DNA from: Kofleriaceae bacterium
GTDB taxonomy: Bacteria; Myxococcota_A; Polyangia; Haliangiales; Haliangiaceae
Assembly (NCBI GenBank): GCA_965215005.1
Contig: CBDCCZ010000019.1
Location: forward strand, 1-64,000
Direction: 5' to 3'
Length of the DNA stretch: 64,000 bases
The position numbers and the translations under genes were made by a program. Position 1 is the stretch's first letter. Each line of letters begins with the position of its first letter. Below the pieces are notes generated by a model. It made no database searches. It had not been told where the DNA came from and worked only from the letters and a program-made list of their open reading frames with translations. Shown here in pieces: positions 1 through 10,122 of this stretch.

Positions 1-143
1 AGCCCGCCCCCGCGAAGGCGGGGGTCGAGCGCGTCCACCACCGCCTCTCAGCCACCCGCGCCCGAGGCCAGGCGCGATCTGTTCGCGTGGGATCGAGGGC
101 CGGTCACGACGCCCACCGCCTCCACTCGGCGCTGGGATACAGG

Positions 144-497
144 TCACCGGCCGACATGGAGCGCATGGCGGCCTAATCGCCTCCACCCATCCGGGGCAGG
201 ATCACCCAGGCCCTGCACCCACGAGGCGTAGTCCAGCCCCTGGGCCACCACGTCCCGGGGGGTGAGGTCGCGCTTGAGCTCGATCACCACGAGGCCGCCG
301 TCGGGCGCGATGGCGAGCAGGTCGACGATTCCGCCATGCGGGGTGCGGACCTGGCGGGCGACGGGCATCCACTGGTCGGACAGGATGTCGGGGCGCGCGG
401 CGATCATGTCCTCGAGCGTGCGCTCGTCGGGCAGCCGGTCCTCGCGCACGGGCTGAGGGTCGGGGCCGACGGTCCAGAGAGCGTGGCGGATGGGCAT
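144..497 (-). pseudogene. NucS-like PD-(D/E)XK endonuclease domain protein, probably C-terminally truncated
   Basis: Motifs LEDMI..., IVDLLAI...VVIELKR and QGLDYASWV. Starts 4 bp after the hsdS stop. Family-like sequence stops after about 97 aa. Confidence 0.7.
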
Positions 498-501
498 GGG
501 G

Positions 502-2312
502 TCAGGCTCCCGCGGCCGTCACGCGACCGCCTCGACCGGCGCGCGCGGCGGCGGGGTCGAGCGCCTCGTGGAGGAGGGCTTCGAGGAGGCGGGCGCGGGT
601 GGCGTCGGCGGTGGCGAGGGCGGCCTCCAGCCGGTCGCAGAGGGCCATAAGGGCATCGACCTTGGCCACGATGCGGTGCTGTTCGGCGAGGGGTGGGAGC
701 GCAACGGGATCATGCCGTTTCGATTTTCGGCCTGAGTTCAACAGTTCGGCTGCGCCGTGCCCGTCGTTGCCGCCGAAAGGCTTAAGGTCAGTCGACAAAT
801 GACGAGGCGAGTTCGAGGTGCAGATGCGGGAGGCATTCCTCGGTCGAAACCATCGAGCATCGTGAGCATGGCGTTGTTCACCCAAGGCTTCATCTGAATC
901 GACCAGCACCGGACGGCAATAAATGCGATTGGCGTCGACGACGGTATGATAGAGGTTCGCCCCATCTTCGCCAATGAGCAAGAGCTCGGCTTATCGAACA
1001 GTAGAAATCTGTCGATACCTTGTCGATAACCTGCAAAGTTCGACGCGCCGGTAGTAATCGTATATCCGATTCGCTCGAAATGCGACGCCGTTTCGGCTCT
1101 CGAGACTGGCGACACGTGGTCGCCATCCGTCACGCGAAATCGTGACAGCGCGCCGAATGCCGGGTCCAGACCCAAGACAGGCGGCAAAACGAATGGAGCA
1201 GCGGCGTCCTCTGAAACCTTCTCGGCCTTCGGATCGTCTCCCGCCCGGCGATCGGCGTGAATGTGGTCGGCTATGTCTTTGCTAATCCGCTTCAGCAAGT
1301 CCGGCGCCGGTTCTTCGGTCGGGTCCTGCTCCACCAGCTTCCCCTGGACGGCGAGGTTGAGGATGGTCCGGCGGAGGGGTTTGATCTGGTCGGGGCGGGT
1401 GGTGAGGGCGGGGAGCGTGGCGAGGGCGGAGCGGGCGTGGGTGGGGAACTCGGCCGGGTCGGCGTCGGGCGCGGTCAGGCGGGCGAGGCTGGCGGCGGTC
1501 AGCCGGTCGCGGGTGGCCTCGCGCGCGGTGCGGGCCGCCTCCAGCCGGTCCAGCAGCGCCATCAGCTCCTCCACCTTCGCCACGATCCGCCGCTGCTCGG
1601 CGAGGGGCGGAAGGGGGAGCAGCGCTGGCCCCATGCGCTTCAGAGTGACCCGTGTTATCGCAGCGCCCTTCATAAAACTGCGCATTTGCTCGTAGAAGAA
1701 CGGCGACCTTAGAAACACGACGACGAGTTGATTGAAGAGGGATGGTGGCAGCTTGAGCAAAGCTACGCTCGACAACATGCTGAAAGGCTGATCTAGGTCG
1801 TTGACGGTCACAATTCCGGTCGTCGCACCGTCCTTGATGTATAGAATATCGCCAGGCTCAGGGTTGCAGCGAGCGCAGATTTCGGCGTGGATCTTGCGGG
1901 AAACGTAGGTAACGTTATCAAGCTTCACGCCGTCGTCTTTTATATTTTTCGCTGTGATGTACAGGAACTCACCCTCTGGACCATTCGGCGGCGAATGGTG
2001 GGTGCCGTCGGTGAGTTTTGTCAAAATGTCTGTCAAACGAACCCAACGCCACGAGCGTGGTAAATCGAAAGGTGCATTGTCTGGATCAGTAGACTGGGCT
2101 TCCTTCGGCTTCTTGATCTCCCCCGCCTTCACCAGCCTCGCCTTCTCCGCCGCGATCCGCTTCAGCAGGTCCGACGCCGGTTCGTCGGTCGGGACCTGCG
2201 CCACCAGCTTCCCCCGCACGGCGAGGTCCAGCACGAAGCGGCGCAGGCGGGGAACGGCGTCGGGTGCCTCGGCCACCTTCTCATAGAGGGCGAGCAGGCG
2301 GTCGGCGTTCAT
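502..2312 (-). pseudogene. hsdS: Type I RM specificity subunit, frameshifted within the second TRD
   Basis: ATG overlaps the hsdM stop. Duplicated conserved blocks LAV(R/Q)GKLV.Q.P and LPPLAEQ.RIVAKV. The N-terminal half is in ORF 738..3668 and the C-terminus in ORF 502..981. Confidence 0.88.
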
Positions 2313-3757
2313 CGCGCGAGGGCCTCGGACAGGATCGCCTTCAGCTGATCGCGGAGCGCCACCACCTCGTCCTCGGCCTCGGCCAAGCCCGTCAGCAGCG
2401 CCTCGGGGTCGCCGTGGTCCTCCGCCACCGTGTGGGGGTTCTTGATGTCGAGGTTGTAGCCGCGCGCACGCATCTCCTCGGCGCCGACCTTCCAGGCGCG
2501 CTCGCCCTCCTGCCGCCCCTCGCGCCGCGGCCCGCCCCACCAGGCGGCGCAGTCGGCCAGGTGCTCCAGCCGGATGGGCCGGGTCATGGAGTAGGCCTTC
2601 TGCCCCTCGGGCACGCGGTGCTCCCAGAACCACGTCTCCCGCGTGGGCGCGCCCTTCTCGAAGAACAGCAGGTTCGTGCCGATCGAGGCATAGGGGCGGA
2701 AGACCGAGTTCGGCAGGCGCACGACCGTGTGCAGGTCGCACTCCTCCATCAGGTGCTCCTTGAGCCGGGTCTTGACGCCCTCGCCGAAAAGCGAGCCGTC
2801 GGGCAGGACCACGGCCGCACGCCCGCCGGGGCGCAGCAGCCGGATGATCAGGGCGAGGAAGAGGTCGGCGGTCTCGCGGGTGCGGAAGGCTTGGGGGAAG
2901 TTCGACTCGATCCCGTCCTCCTCGCGCCCGCCGAAGGGCGGGTTGGTCAGGATCACGTCCACCCGCTCGTCGCGGCCCCAGGAGATGTAGGGGCGGGCCA
3001 GCGTGTTGTCGTGGCGCAGGAAGGACGGCTCCTCGATCCCGTGCAGCAGCATGTTGGTGACGGCGAGCATGTGTGGGAGCTGCTTCTTCTCCACCGCGCG
3101 CAGCGACGCCTGCAGGGCGGCCTCGTCCTCGGGGCGCTTCACGGAGGTCTCGCGCATGTGGCGGATGGCGCAGGTCAGGAAGCCGCCCGTGCCGCAGGCC
3201 GGGTCGAACAGGATCTCGCCCGGGCGCGGGTCGATCATCCGCGTCATGAAGCCGGTGACGGCGCGGGGGGTGTAGTACTCGCCCGCGTTGCCGGCCGATT
3301 GCAGGTCGTTGAGGATCTGCTCGTAGATGTCGCCGAAGTGCTGGCGTTCGCTGAGGTTGTTGAAGTCGATGCCGTCGATGCGGTTGACCACCTGCCGCAC
3401 GAGCTGGCCGGACTTCATGTAGTTGTAGGCGTCCTCGAACACGCCCTGCACGGTGCGCGCCCGCGGCGTGGCAAGGGGCAGGGCCTTGAGCGTGGGGAAG
3501 AGGTCGCCGTTCACGAAGTCGAGCAGCGCCTCGCCGGTGATGCCCTCCGGGTCGGCCGCCCAGGCGCGCCACTGCAGCCGCTCGGGGATGGGCGAGCGGT
3601 AGCCGTCGCGCAGGAGCTCGATCTCCTGGTCCTGGTCGTCGATGATCTTGAGGAAGAACATCCAGCACAGCTGGCTGATGCGCTGCGCGTCGCCGTCGAC
3701 GCCGGTGTCCTGGCGCATGATGTCCTGGATGGACTTGACGAGGGTGCGGACGGACAT
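2309..3757 (-). CDS. hsdM: Type I RM N6-adenine methyltransferase subunit
   Basis: GEYYTPR, DPACGTGGF (motif I) and NPPF (motif IV). Confidence 0.96.
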   Translation of the reverse strand: MSVRTLVKSIQDIMRQDTGVDGDAQRISQLCWMFFLKIIDDQDQEIELLRDGYRSPIPERLQWRAWAADPEGITGEALLDFVNGDLFPTLKALPLATPRARTVQGVFEDAYNYMKSGQLVRQVVNRIDGIDFNNLSERQHFGDIYEQILNDLQSAGNAGEYYTPRAVTGFMTRMIDPRPGEILFDPACGTGGFLTCAIRHMRETSVKRPEDEAALQASLRAVEKKQLPHMLAVTNMLLHGIEEPSFLRHDNTLARPYISWGRDERVDVILTNPPFGGREEDGIESNFPQAFRTRETADLFLALIIRLLRPGGRAAVVLPDGSLFGEGVKTRLKEHLMEECDLHTVVRLPNSVFRPYASIGTNLLFFEKGAPTRETWFWEHRVPEGQKAYSMTRPIRLEHLADCAAWWGGPRREGRQEGERAWKVGAEEMRARGYNLDIKNPHTVAEDHGDPEALLTGLAEAEDEVVALRDQLKAILSEALAR

Positions 3758-3760
3758 GGG

Positions 3761-6211
3761 TCAGGCGGTCTCCCGGTAGAGCTCGGTCTGCAGGTCGTGC
3801 ACGGCGCGCTCGAAGCCCGCCCTGCCGCCGAAGGCGCGCACCAGCTCGACGGGCGTGCCGAGGCGGTCGAGCGGCGCGATCCGCAGGACGGCCGCGTCGC
3901 CGAGGTTCAGCACGCCCTCGTCGGCGTACTTCGCGAGCAGCGCATCGAGGACGGCACGGGCCTTGTCGCCGTAGGTGGCGAAGGCGTCCCGCCTGCGCAC
4001 GCCGTCGGCCCGCTCGCGGCGGGTGAGCGGCTTGGCGTCGAAGGCGACGTGGCAGATCAGGTCGAAGGGATCGAGGTCGCGACCCAGCTCCTCGACGATG
4101 GGGTCGAGCGGCAGGCCCTCGGCCTCCAGCTCCTCCAGGACGGCCTGCTTGCGCTCGGCGGCGTTCCAGCGCCGCAGGAAGTCGTCGAGGCTGGCGAACC
4201 GACGGCGCAGCGCGCGCTTGGTGAAGTCGCGCAGGGATTCTGTGACGAGGTGGCCGTGCTCGTCGAGGTATTCGACCCGCTCGGTCAGGATGGTGGCCCC
4301 CACGCCGTCGACGTAGACCTTCTTCTGCGGCCCTGCGCCCTTGGGCCCGCTCGACCCGCCGATCGGATCGATCGGGGTCGTTGCGTCTCCGTCGTTCTCG
4401 TCATCTCCCCCTGCGCGGCCATCCTCCTCGCCTTCAGGCGGCTCCGGCGGGACGATCGGCTCATCGGGGCCCGGGGCGTGGATCTGGACCGGCTCGCCGT
4501 CGAAATCGGGATCGGCGAAGTGGCTGGTCGCGCCGCGGAAGTCGATCAGCGTGAAGTAGTACTTGCCGGTGTCCTCGTGCACGCGGGTGCCGCGCCCGAC
4601 GATCTGCTTGAACTCGGTCATCGAGCCCACCTCTCGGTCGAGCACGATCAGGCGGCAGGTCTGCGCGTCCACGCCGGTGGAGAGCAGCCGCGACGTGGTG
4701 ACGATCACCGGCCAGCGGGATTCGGGGTCGATGAAGTTGTCGAGCTGCGCCTGGCCCTCGGCGTCGCTGCCGGTGATGCGCATGACGTAGCGCGGGTTCT
4801 CGGCCACGAGGTCGGCGTTCTCGTTGACCAGCGCCTGGCGCATGCGCGCGGCGTGCTCTTGGTCGACGCAGAACACGATCGTCTTGGCGTAGCGCTCGCC
4901 GCTCTCGCGCAGGAACTGCGTGACCTTGCGCGCGACGAGCGCCGTGCGGTCGTCGATCACCAGCGTCCGGTCGAAATCCTTGGCGTTGTAGATGCGATCC
5001 TCGACCTCGTTCCCGCCCCGATCGCGCTGTCCCGTCTCGGGCCGGTAGCCCTCCACGTCGCGGTCCACATGGACCTTGATGACCTTGTAGGGGGCCAGGA
5101 AGCCGTCGCGGATGCCCTCCTTGAGCGAGTAGGAGTACACCGGCTCGCCGAAGTACCCGATGTTGGAGGCGTACTCCGTCTCCTTCGGCGTGGCGGTCAG
5201 CCCGATCTGGGTGGCGGGCGCGAAGTGGCGGAGGATCTCGCGCCAGGCCGAGTCCTCCGCCGCGCTGCCGCGGTGGCACTCGTCGACGACGATCAGGTCG
5301 AAGAAGTCCGACGAGAACTCCCGGTAGAGCTTCTGTCGCTCCTCGGGTCCGGTGATGGCCTGGTAGAGGCCCAGATACACCTCGTAGGCGGTGTCGATGC
5401 GGCGCTTCCGATCGAGCGCGAGCGTCAGCTCCTCGGTGCTCCCATCCCGACGCTCGATGGTCTTGGCCTTGGTCGAGAGCTTAGCCATCGCGCCGCCGAA
5501 CGGGCGGAAGTCGTTCACCATGGTCTGGTCGATCAGGACGTTGCGGTCGGCGAGGAACAGGATGCGCGTCTTGCGGCCCGCCTTCCACAGCCGCCAGATG
5601 ATCTGGAACGCGGTGTAGGTCTTGCCCGTGCCCGTCGCCATGACGAGGAGGATGCGATCCCGCCCCTTGGCGATGGCCTCGGTCGCGGCGTTGATCGCAC
5701 CGACCTGATAGTAGCGCGGGGCCTTGCCGCCGTCGTCGTAGTAGTCCTGCAGGACGGTCCGCTCCGCGGCATCGTCGAGGCCCTTCCAGGCACGGTAGCG
5801 CGTCCACAGCTCCGCCGGCGGCGGAAAGGCGTCTAGGGCCAGCGTCGCCTCGCGCGGATCGCTGGCGCCCGTCCGGTCGTGGAACACGAAGCCGTCGCCG
5901 TTCGAGGAGAACGCGAACGGCACGCCGAGCGTCTCAGCGTAGTCGAGCGCCTGCTGCATCCCGTCGCCGATGGCGTGGGCGTTGTCCTTGGCCTCGATCA
6001 CCGCGATCGGGACGTTGGGCTTGTGGGAGAGGACGTAGTCGGCGCGCCTGGCCCTGCCTCGGCTGACGAGCCTGCCTCGGACGACGATCCGGCCCTTGGT
6101 GAAGCCGACCTCCTCGCGGATCTGCTCCATCTCGTCCCACCCCGCCTCCCGCAGGGCCGGCGTGATGCACTTGGTGCAGATGTCGCGCTCGGAGAGGCCG
6201 CGCTTGTCCAT
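3761..6211 (-). CDS. hsdR: Type I RM restriction subunit (EcoAI/EcoEI-like)
   Basis: Start MDKRGLSERDICTK. ADYVL..IEAK nuclease motif, MATGTGKT, DECHRG, TATP, QIVGRGTR and an EcoEI-type C-terminus. Confidence 0.95.
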   Translation of the reverse strand: MDKRGLSERDICTKCITPALREAGWDEMEQIREEVGFTKGRIVVRGRLVSRGRARRADYVLSHKPNVPIAVIEAKDNAHAIGDGMQQALDYAETLGVPFAFSSNGDGFVFHDRTGASDPREATLALDAFPPPAELWTRYRAWKGLDDAAERTVLQDYYDDGGKAPRYYQVGAINAATEAIAKGRDRILLVMATGTGKTYTAFQIIWRLWKAGRKTRILFLADRNVLIDQTMVNDFRPFGGAMAKLSTKAKTIERRDGSTEELTLALDRKRRIDTAYEVYLGLYQAITGPEERQKLYREFSSDFFDLIVVDECHRGSAAEDSAWREILRHFAPATQIGLTATPKETEYASNIGYFGEPVYSYSLKEGIRDGFLAPYKVIKVHVDRDVEGYRPETGQRDRGGNEVEDRIYNAKDFDRTLVIDDRTALVARKVTQFLRESGERYAKTIVFCVDQEHAARMRQALVNENADLVAENPRYVMRITGSDAEGQAQLDNFIDPESRWPVIVTTSRLLSTGVDAQTCRLIVLDREVGSMTEFKQIVGRGTRVHEDTGKYYFTLIDFRGATSHFADPDFDGEPVQIHAPGPDEPIVPPEPPEGEEDGRAGGDDENDGDATTPIDPIGGSSGPKGAGPQKKVYVDGVGATILTERVEYLDEHGHLVTESLRDFTKRALRRRFASLDDFLRRWNAAERKQAVLEELEAEGLPLDPIVEELGRDLDPFDLICHVAFDAKPLTRRERADGVRRRDAFATYGDKARAVLDALLAKYADEGVLNLGDAAVLRIAPLDRLGTPVELVRAFGGRAGFERAVHDLQTELYRETA

Positions 6212-6216
6212 CCCGC

Positions 6217-6648
6217 TCACGCACAGGCCTCCTCGGCCCAAGGGTCGATCACGTCGATCCCGCAGCCTGCGAAGTCGTCCCCGTTCCGCGTCGCCACCGC
6301 GGCCCCGCAGGCGCGCGCCGTGGCAGCGATCTGACAGTCGGGGAACCCGATCGGCTGCCCCGCCGCCCGACGGTCGGCGAAGATCGCGGCGAACGCCACC
6401 GCCGCCGCGCCGTCGAAGGCCAGCACCCGGTCCGCAAAATCCTCCGCGACCATCGCGTCGATCGCCGCCTGCAGGTCGTCCCGCCGGTGGCCGGCCGGCA
6501 TGATCGCGACGCCCCGGCGCAGCTCGGCCTCGCTCACCGCGCTGAGGTGGAGACGCGCGCCATCCTGACGGCCGAACCAGTCGATGACCCTCGGGTCGGG
6601 GGCCGGCCGCATCAGCTCCGAGACCACGTTGGTGTCGATCACGATCAC
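6217..6648 (-). CDS. vapC: VapC/FitB PIN-domain toxin
   Basis: IVIDTNVVSEL, DCQIAATA, ATRN..DF and IDPW. Confidence 0.93.
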   Translation of the reverse strand: MIVIDTNVVSELMRPAPDPRVIDWFGRQDGARLHLSAVSEAELRRGVAIMPAGHRRDDLQAAIDAMVAEDFADRVLAFDGAAAVAFAAIFADRRAAGQPIGFPDCQIAATARACGAAVATRNGDDFAGCGIDVIDPWAEEACA

Positions 6649-6660
6649 GGAGGGCTTCGC

Positions 6661-6903
6661 TCAGTCGAAGCGCGGCGGGTCGGGCATCGCCTCGCGCGGC
6701 GGCAGGTCGAGCTCGACGCCGCCCAGCGCGGCGAACCGCCGGTGGATCGTCTCGCCGAGGTTGGCCGGCACCGCCGAGCGCCCGACCGCCCGACGCAGGA
6801 TGTCGCGCACCTCCTCCTCCATGGACCGGCCGTGCTCCGCGGCGCGCAGGCGCAGGCGTCGCTTCAGACCGTCGTCGAGATTGCGGATCGTGATGCTGGC
6901 CAT
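6661..6903 (-). CDS. FitA-like ribbon-helix-helix antitoxin
   Basis: MASITIRNLDD..KRRLRLRAAEHGRSMEEEVRDIL, with GGAGGG RBS upstream. Confidence 0.9.
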   Translation of the reverse strand: MASITIRNLDDGLKRRLRLRAAEHGRSMEEEVRDILRRAVGRSAVPANLGETIHRRFAALGGVELDLPPREAMPDPPRFD

Positions 6904-6938
6904 GTCGCCCTCCGTCATCGGCCCTGAGGCATACGGGA

Positions 6939-6968
6939 TGATTGCACTGCAATCAACATCGCGATGTT
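6939..6968. promoter_or_regulatory. Two adjacent palindromes, candidate FitAB operator
   Basis: TGATTGCA-C-TGCAATCA (6939-6955) and AACATCGCGATGTT (6955-6968), just upstream of the antitoxin. Confidence 0.6.
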
Positions 6969-7369
6969 CGTTCGAGGCGAACTGGACGACGATCCTCACG
7001 GACCAGCATCGATCCCTTCGACCTGCATGCGCCAGGCTGGGGTTCTCCCTTAGCAGGCTCGATGCTGCCCTGCCTTCCCCACCAGTCCGTGCACCGGCAG
7101 TCCACCCCTGCCGCGACGACGTAAAGGTGCCGCAGGAGGCGGGGGGTCTAGTTCGAGCGGCTGCGCGGCGGGATGCCGGACCCCGATGAAGGGGCTGACG
7201 AGCGCGATCGGGACCGTTCGCGCCCCGATCACCGACCGACACCTCCGCGCGAGCACGCGCTTCGGGCCGTTGCGCCAGAGGGCGAGCCATGAGAGGGGCC
7301 ACCCCCCGTCATCCCGCTTCGGTCGGTCCTCCGAGGCTCGCCCCCGGCCCCCCTGAGGATCGCCGCATC

Positions 7370-8224
7370 GTGACCCTGCGCCTGCTCGTCGTCGCGAGCG
7401 AGACCGCCGCCGAGCAGGACGCCCGCCGCGCCCGCGCCGGCCAGGCCTCCCACGAGACCTACGCCGACACCCTGCGACGCCTGCACGGCGGCGGCATCGT
7501 CGAGCACGCCTCCTGCGTGGACGGCACGGGGCCCATGGCGCCCGACCGGCTGCGCCGCTTCGACGGCGTGCTGCTCGCGGGCTCGCCGATCCGGATGCAC
7601 GAGCGCACCCCCGAGACCCGTGCGGCCGCAGCCTTCATGGCCGCGGTGTTCGAGGCGGGCGTCCCCGCCTTCGGCTCCTGCGCGGGGCTGCAGATCGCGG
7701 TCGTGGCAGCCGGCGGCACGACCAAGCCCCGCCGCGGCGCGATGGAGGCGGGCTTCGCGCGCGGGGTCGCTGCGACGCGCGCAGGGCGCGACCATCCCCT
7801 CCTGCGGGGCCGCCCGGCGAGCTGGGACGCGCCGGCGATGCATTCGGCGATGGTGGATCGGTTGCCGCCGGGCGCTGTGGTGCTCGCACGCACGCAGGAC
7901 ACGCCGGTGGAGGCGGCGGCCATCCGTCACGCGAACGGCACGTTCTGGGGCGTGCAGTACCATCCCGAGCTGGCCCTGGGGGAGATCGCGGACGCTCTCC
8001 GGGGGCAGTCCGACGCGCTCGTCCGGCAGCGCGTGGTCGCGGACGAGGCGGCGCTCGAGGCTCGGGCGGGATGGCTCGAGGCGCTCGATCGCGCGCCCGG
8101 CCGGCGCGACCTCGCGGCCCGGCTCGAGCTCGACGAGGAGGTGCTGGACCCCGCGCGGCGCATGCGGGAGTTGCGCAACTTCATCGACCACGTCGCGAGG
8201 CGCGCGGCCAGCAACGCTGCATGA
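7370..8224 (+). CDS. Class I glutamine amidotransferase-like protein
   Basis: FGSCAGLQ nucleophile elbow and QYHPE His-Glu motif. Confidence 0.88.
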   Translation: MTLRLLVVASETAAEQDARRARAGQASHETYADTLRRLHGGGIVEHASCVDGTGPMAPDRLRRFDGVLLAGSPIRMHERTPETRAAAAFMAAVFEAGVPAFGSCAGLQIAVVAAGGTTKPRRGAMEAGFARGVAATRAGRDHPLLRGRPASWDAPAMHSAMVDRLPPGAVVLARTQDTPVEAAAIRHANGTFWGVQYHPELALGEIADALRGQSDALVRQRVVADEAALEARAGWLEALDRAPGRRDLAARLELDEEVLDPARRMRELRNFIDHVARRAASNAA

Positions 8225-8259
8225 CGGCGCGGCGGTGGAGCCGTCCCGCCCGTCCCCCG

Positions 8260-8445
8260 GCCCGTACGGGGGATGGTCCACCGCCCCTGTTCGATCTCGC
8301 AGCTGCTCATGGACCGGCGCACGGGGATCGTGGAGAGCTCCGCCAAGACCTCGTGGTGGTTAAAGCGGCAGCCGTCGTCCTCGTGGGCCCGGCCCCCGGA
8401 GAGCGTGCGGTCGAAGCGCAGGCCATCGTCCTCCACGGAAGGCAC
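8260..8445 (-). pseudogene. Degenerate fragment of the DUF1524-type HNH nuclease gene
   Basis: PSVEDDGLRFDRTLSGG...HEVLAELSTIPVRRS..CEIEQGRW aligns by eye to PSPEEDGPRYDRALFGG...HEVLAELSTVPVRWS..CEVERGRW of 25043..25855. Confidence 0.8.
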
Positions 8446-8660
8446 GGCAGCCGCTCAGCGCCGCCGCCGGCACCCCATCCGCTCTGTCAGGGCGAGGGAG
8501 ACGCAGTCGCCGGCAGGGGTGGGCGAGCTCGAGTGCGATCCCCAGCGCACCGCTCCAGGGCGTCGGCCGCCTCGCCCCCGCCCCAGGCCCTCGAGGCGTC
8601 CATCGGGTTCGCCAGCGCGGCGCGGCGTGGCGCGGCACGACGCGACCTCGCGGCCCTCAA

Positions 8661-9483
8661 TCAGGCGGCTCTGCGCCGCGCGAGGCCCATGAGGCTGCCC
8701 ACGAGGTTCAGCGTGCCTCTCCGGTGCCGCAGGGTCATCGCGCGCAGCGCGCCTCCGGGGTTTCGCACGGGCGTCCTCGGGTGGTCGCGGTTGGCGTCGA
8801 GCAGCAGCACGGCGATCGTGGCGCTCTGCGGGCCCATCGTCTCGATCGCCTTCTGCCAGGCGTCGTGGTCGATCCCCAGGACCGGGAGGATCCGGGTGGC
8901 GGCGTCGATCAGGTGGACCTCGCGGAGGATCGCGCTGCCGCGCTGGCTGTCCCGGACGAGGGCCTGCATGTCGTGGCTCGCGAGACTGCAAAGCCGCTCC
9001 GCCGTCAGCATGCGCAGGAACCTGGCCTTGCGAGCCGCCCTCGCCGCCGCATCCTCATGGTCTTCGCATCGCTCAGCGCCGTCAGGCCCCATCGGCAAGG
9101 GATCACCGTGCGTGGGCTCGCCTGTGCGCGCTTCATCCATGCCAGCGTTACAGATCACAGATAGAGTCTCTTGGTTGTTTTCTTGTCTATGAGGGGGGTC
9201 GTTAACTTCCGCCTCGGGGGAAAGATCACGACGTCGATCGGCGAGGGCATCCAGGGCACCCAAGGCATCGAGCGTCTCGCACAGCCGCTGGGCCTCCTCG
9301 ACGTGAGCCGCGAGCGCGCCGATCTCCATCCCGGCCAAGGATCGGGCGTCGGGCCACATGGCGAGGGCGGCTGCGGCGGCCGCGACGCGGGGATGCGCGA
9401 CCTCGCCCGCCTCTCGGAGGCGCCGGGGGACGATGCGGTAGAAGGTGCTGCGGCGGCATCGGAGGGTGCGGCGCTCCTGCCAC
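8661..9483 (-). pseudogene. repC: RepC (repABC-type) initiator, C-terminal part only
   Basis: LGIDHDAWQKAIETMG...AVLLL...VRNPGGALRAMT...LNL, the RepC C-terminal signature. The N-terminus is missing. Confidence 0.78.
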
Positions 9484-9787
9484 CCCTCGGGACCCAGCTC
9501 CGCCGGCAGCGCCAGGTCCCACTCCCGCACCACGACGCTGTCTTTGCGCCGCTCCGCCGCCTCGGCTGCGTTCCACAGCCGCTCGCGGTCGCAGGCCAGT
9601 CCGGCGCGTGCTCAGGCACGATCAGGATCACGGCCTTCACGCCCTGCTTGTAGGCGTAGTCGTGCACCCTCCCTTCACGCTCGCAGGCGATGCGCTCGGC
9701 CGCGCGGTACGCCGCCGCCGCCGTCGCCGTCGCGGACCGCACCGAGCTGCGGCGCACCGTCTTCACGCTGAGGTGGTAGCTCGCCAC
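9484..9787 (-). pseudogene. mobA: MobA/MobL (MOBQ) relaxase N-terminal remnant
   Basis: VASYHLSVK...AAAAYR...HDY..K.GV...APDW, then a frameshift, then RERLWNAAEAAERRKDSVVVREWDLALPAEL. Confidence 0.85.
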
Positions 9788-10122
9788 GCCCTGGACCTCA
9801 GGAGGCATCGGGCCTCTCATCCTCAGGCTCGGGGGGCACGCGGACGGGGACCCGGGCCAGCACGTCGTCGAGCGTCGCGCGGTCTTGGCCCTCGGCGCGG
9901 CGGGCCATGATCCGGGGGCGGCAGAGGGAGCAGTGCGCCAGCTCGCACTGTCAAGCACGAGGACTATGATCCATTCGCGCCTATCCCTGATCTCGTGGGC
10001 GAAGAGCGCGAAGCTGTCCTCGAAGATCCCTATCTGGTCTCGATCGCCAGTCGACTTGGCACGCCGCTGAGATCGTTCCGAAATTCGTTTGGGTTCCTGC
10101 GGAACTGTTCTACGAATGATGG

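Noticed and set aside
3..27. Hairpin CCCCCGC-GAAG-GCGGGGG, REP-like
   Set aside because: Single copy at the window edge, so a repeat family cannot be established.
738..3668. 976-aa ORF as an HsdM-HsdS fusion
   Set aside because: The upstream part is an off-frame shadow of hsdM. HsdS starts at 2312.
2264..5836. 1190-aa plus-strand ORF and similar long antisense ORFs throughout
   Set aside because: These are antisense shadows of real genes, expected at very high GC, and carry no motifs.
3761..6952. 1063-aa HsdR with an N-terminal extension
   Set aside because: The extension is Arg/Gly-rich off-frame sequence overlapping fitAB.
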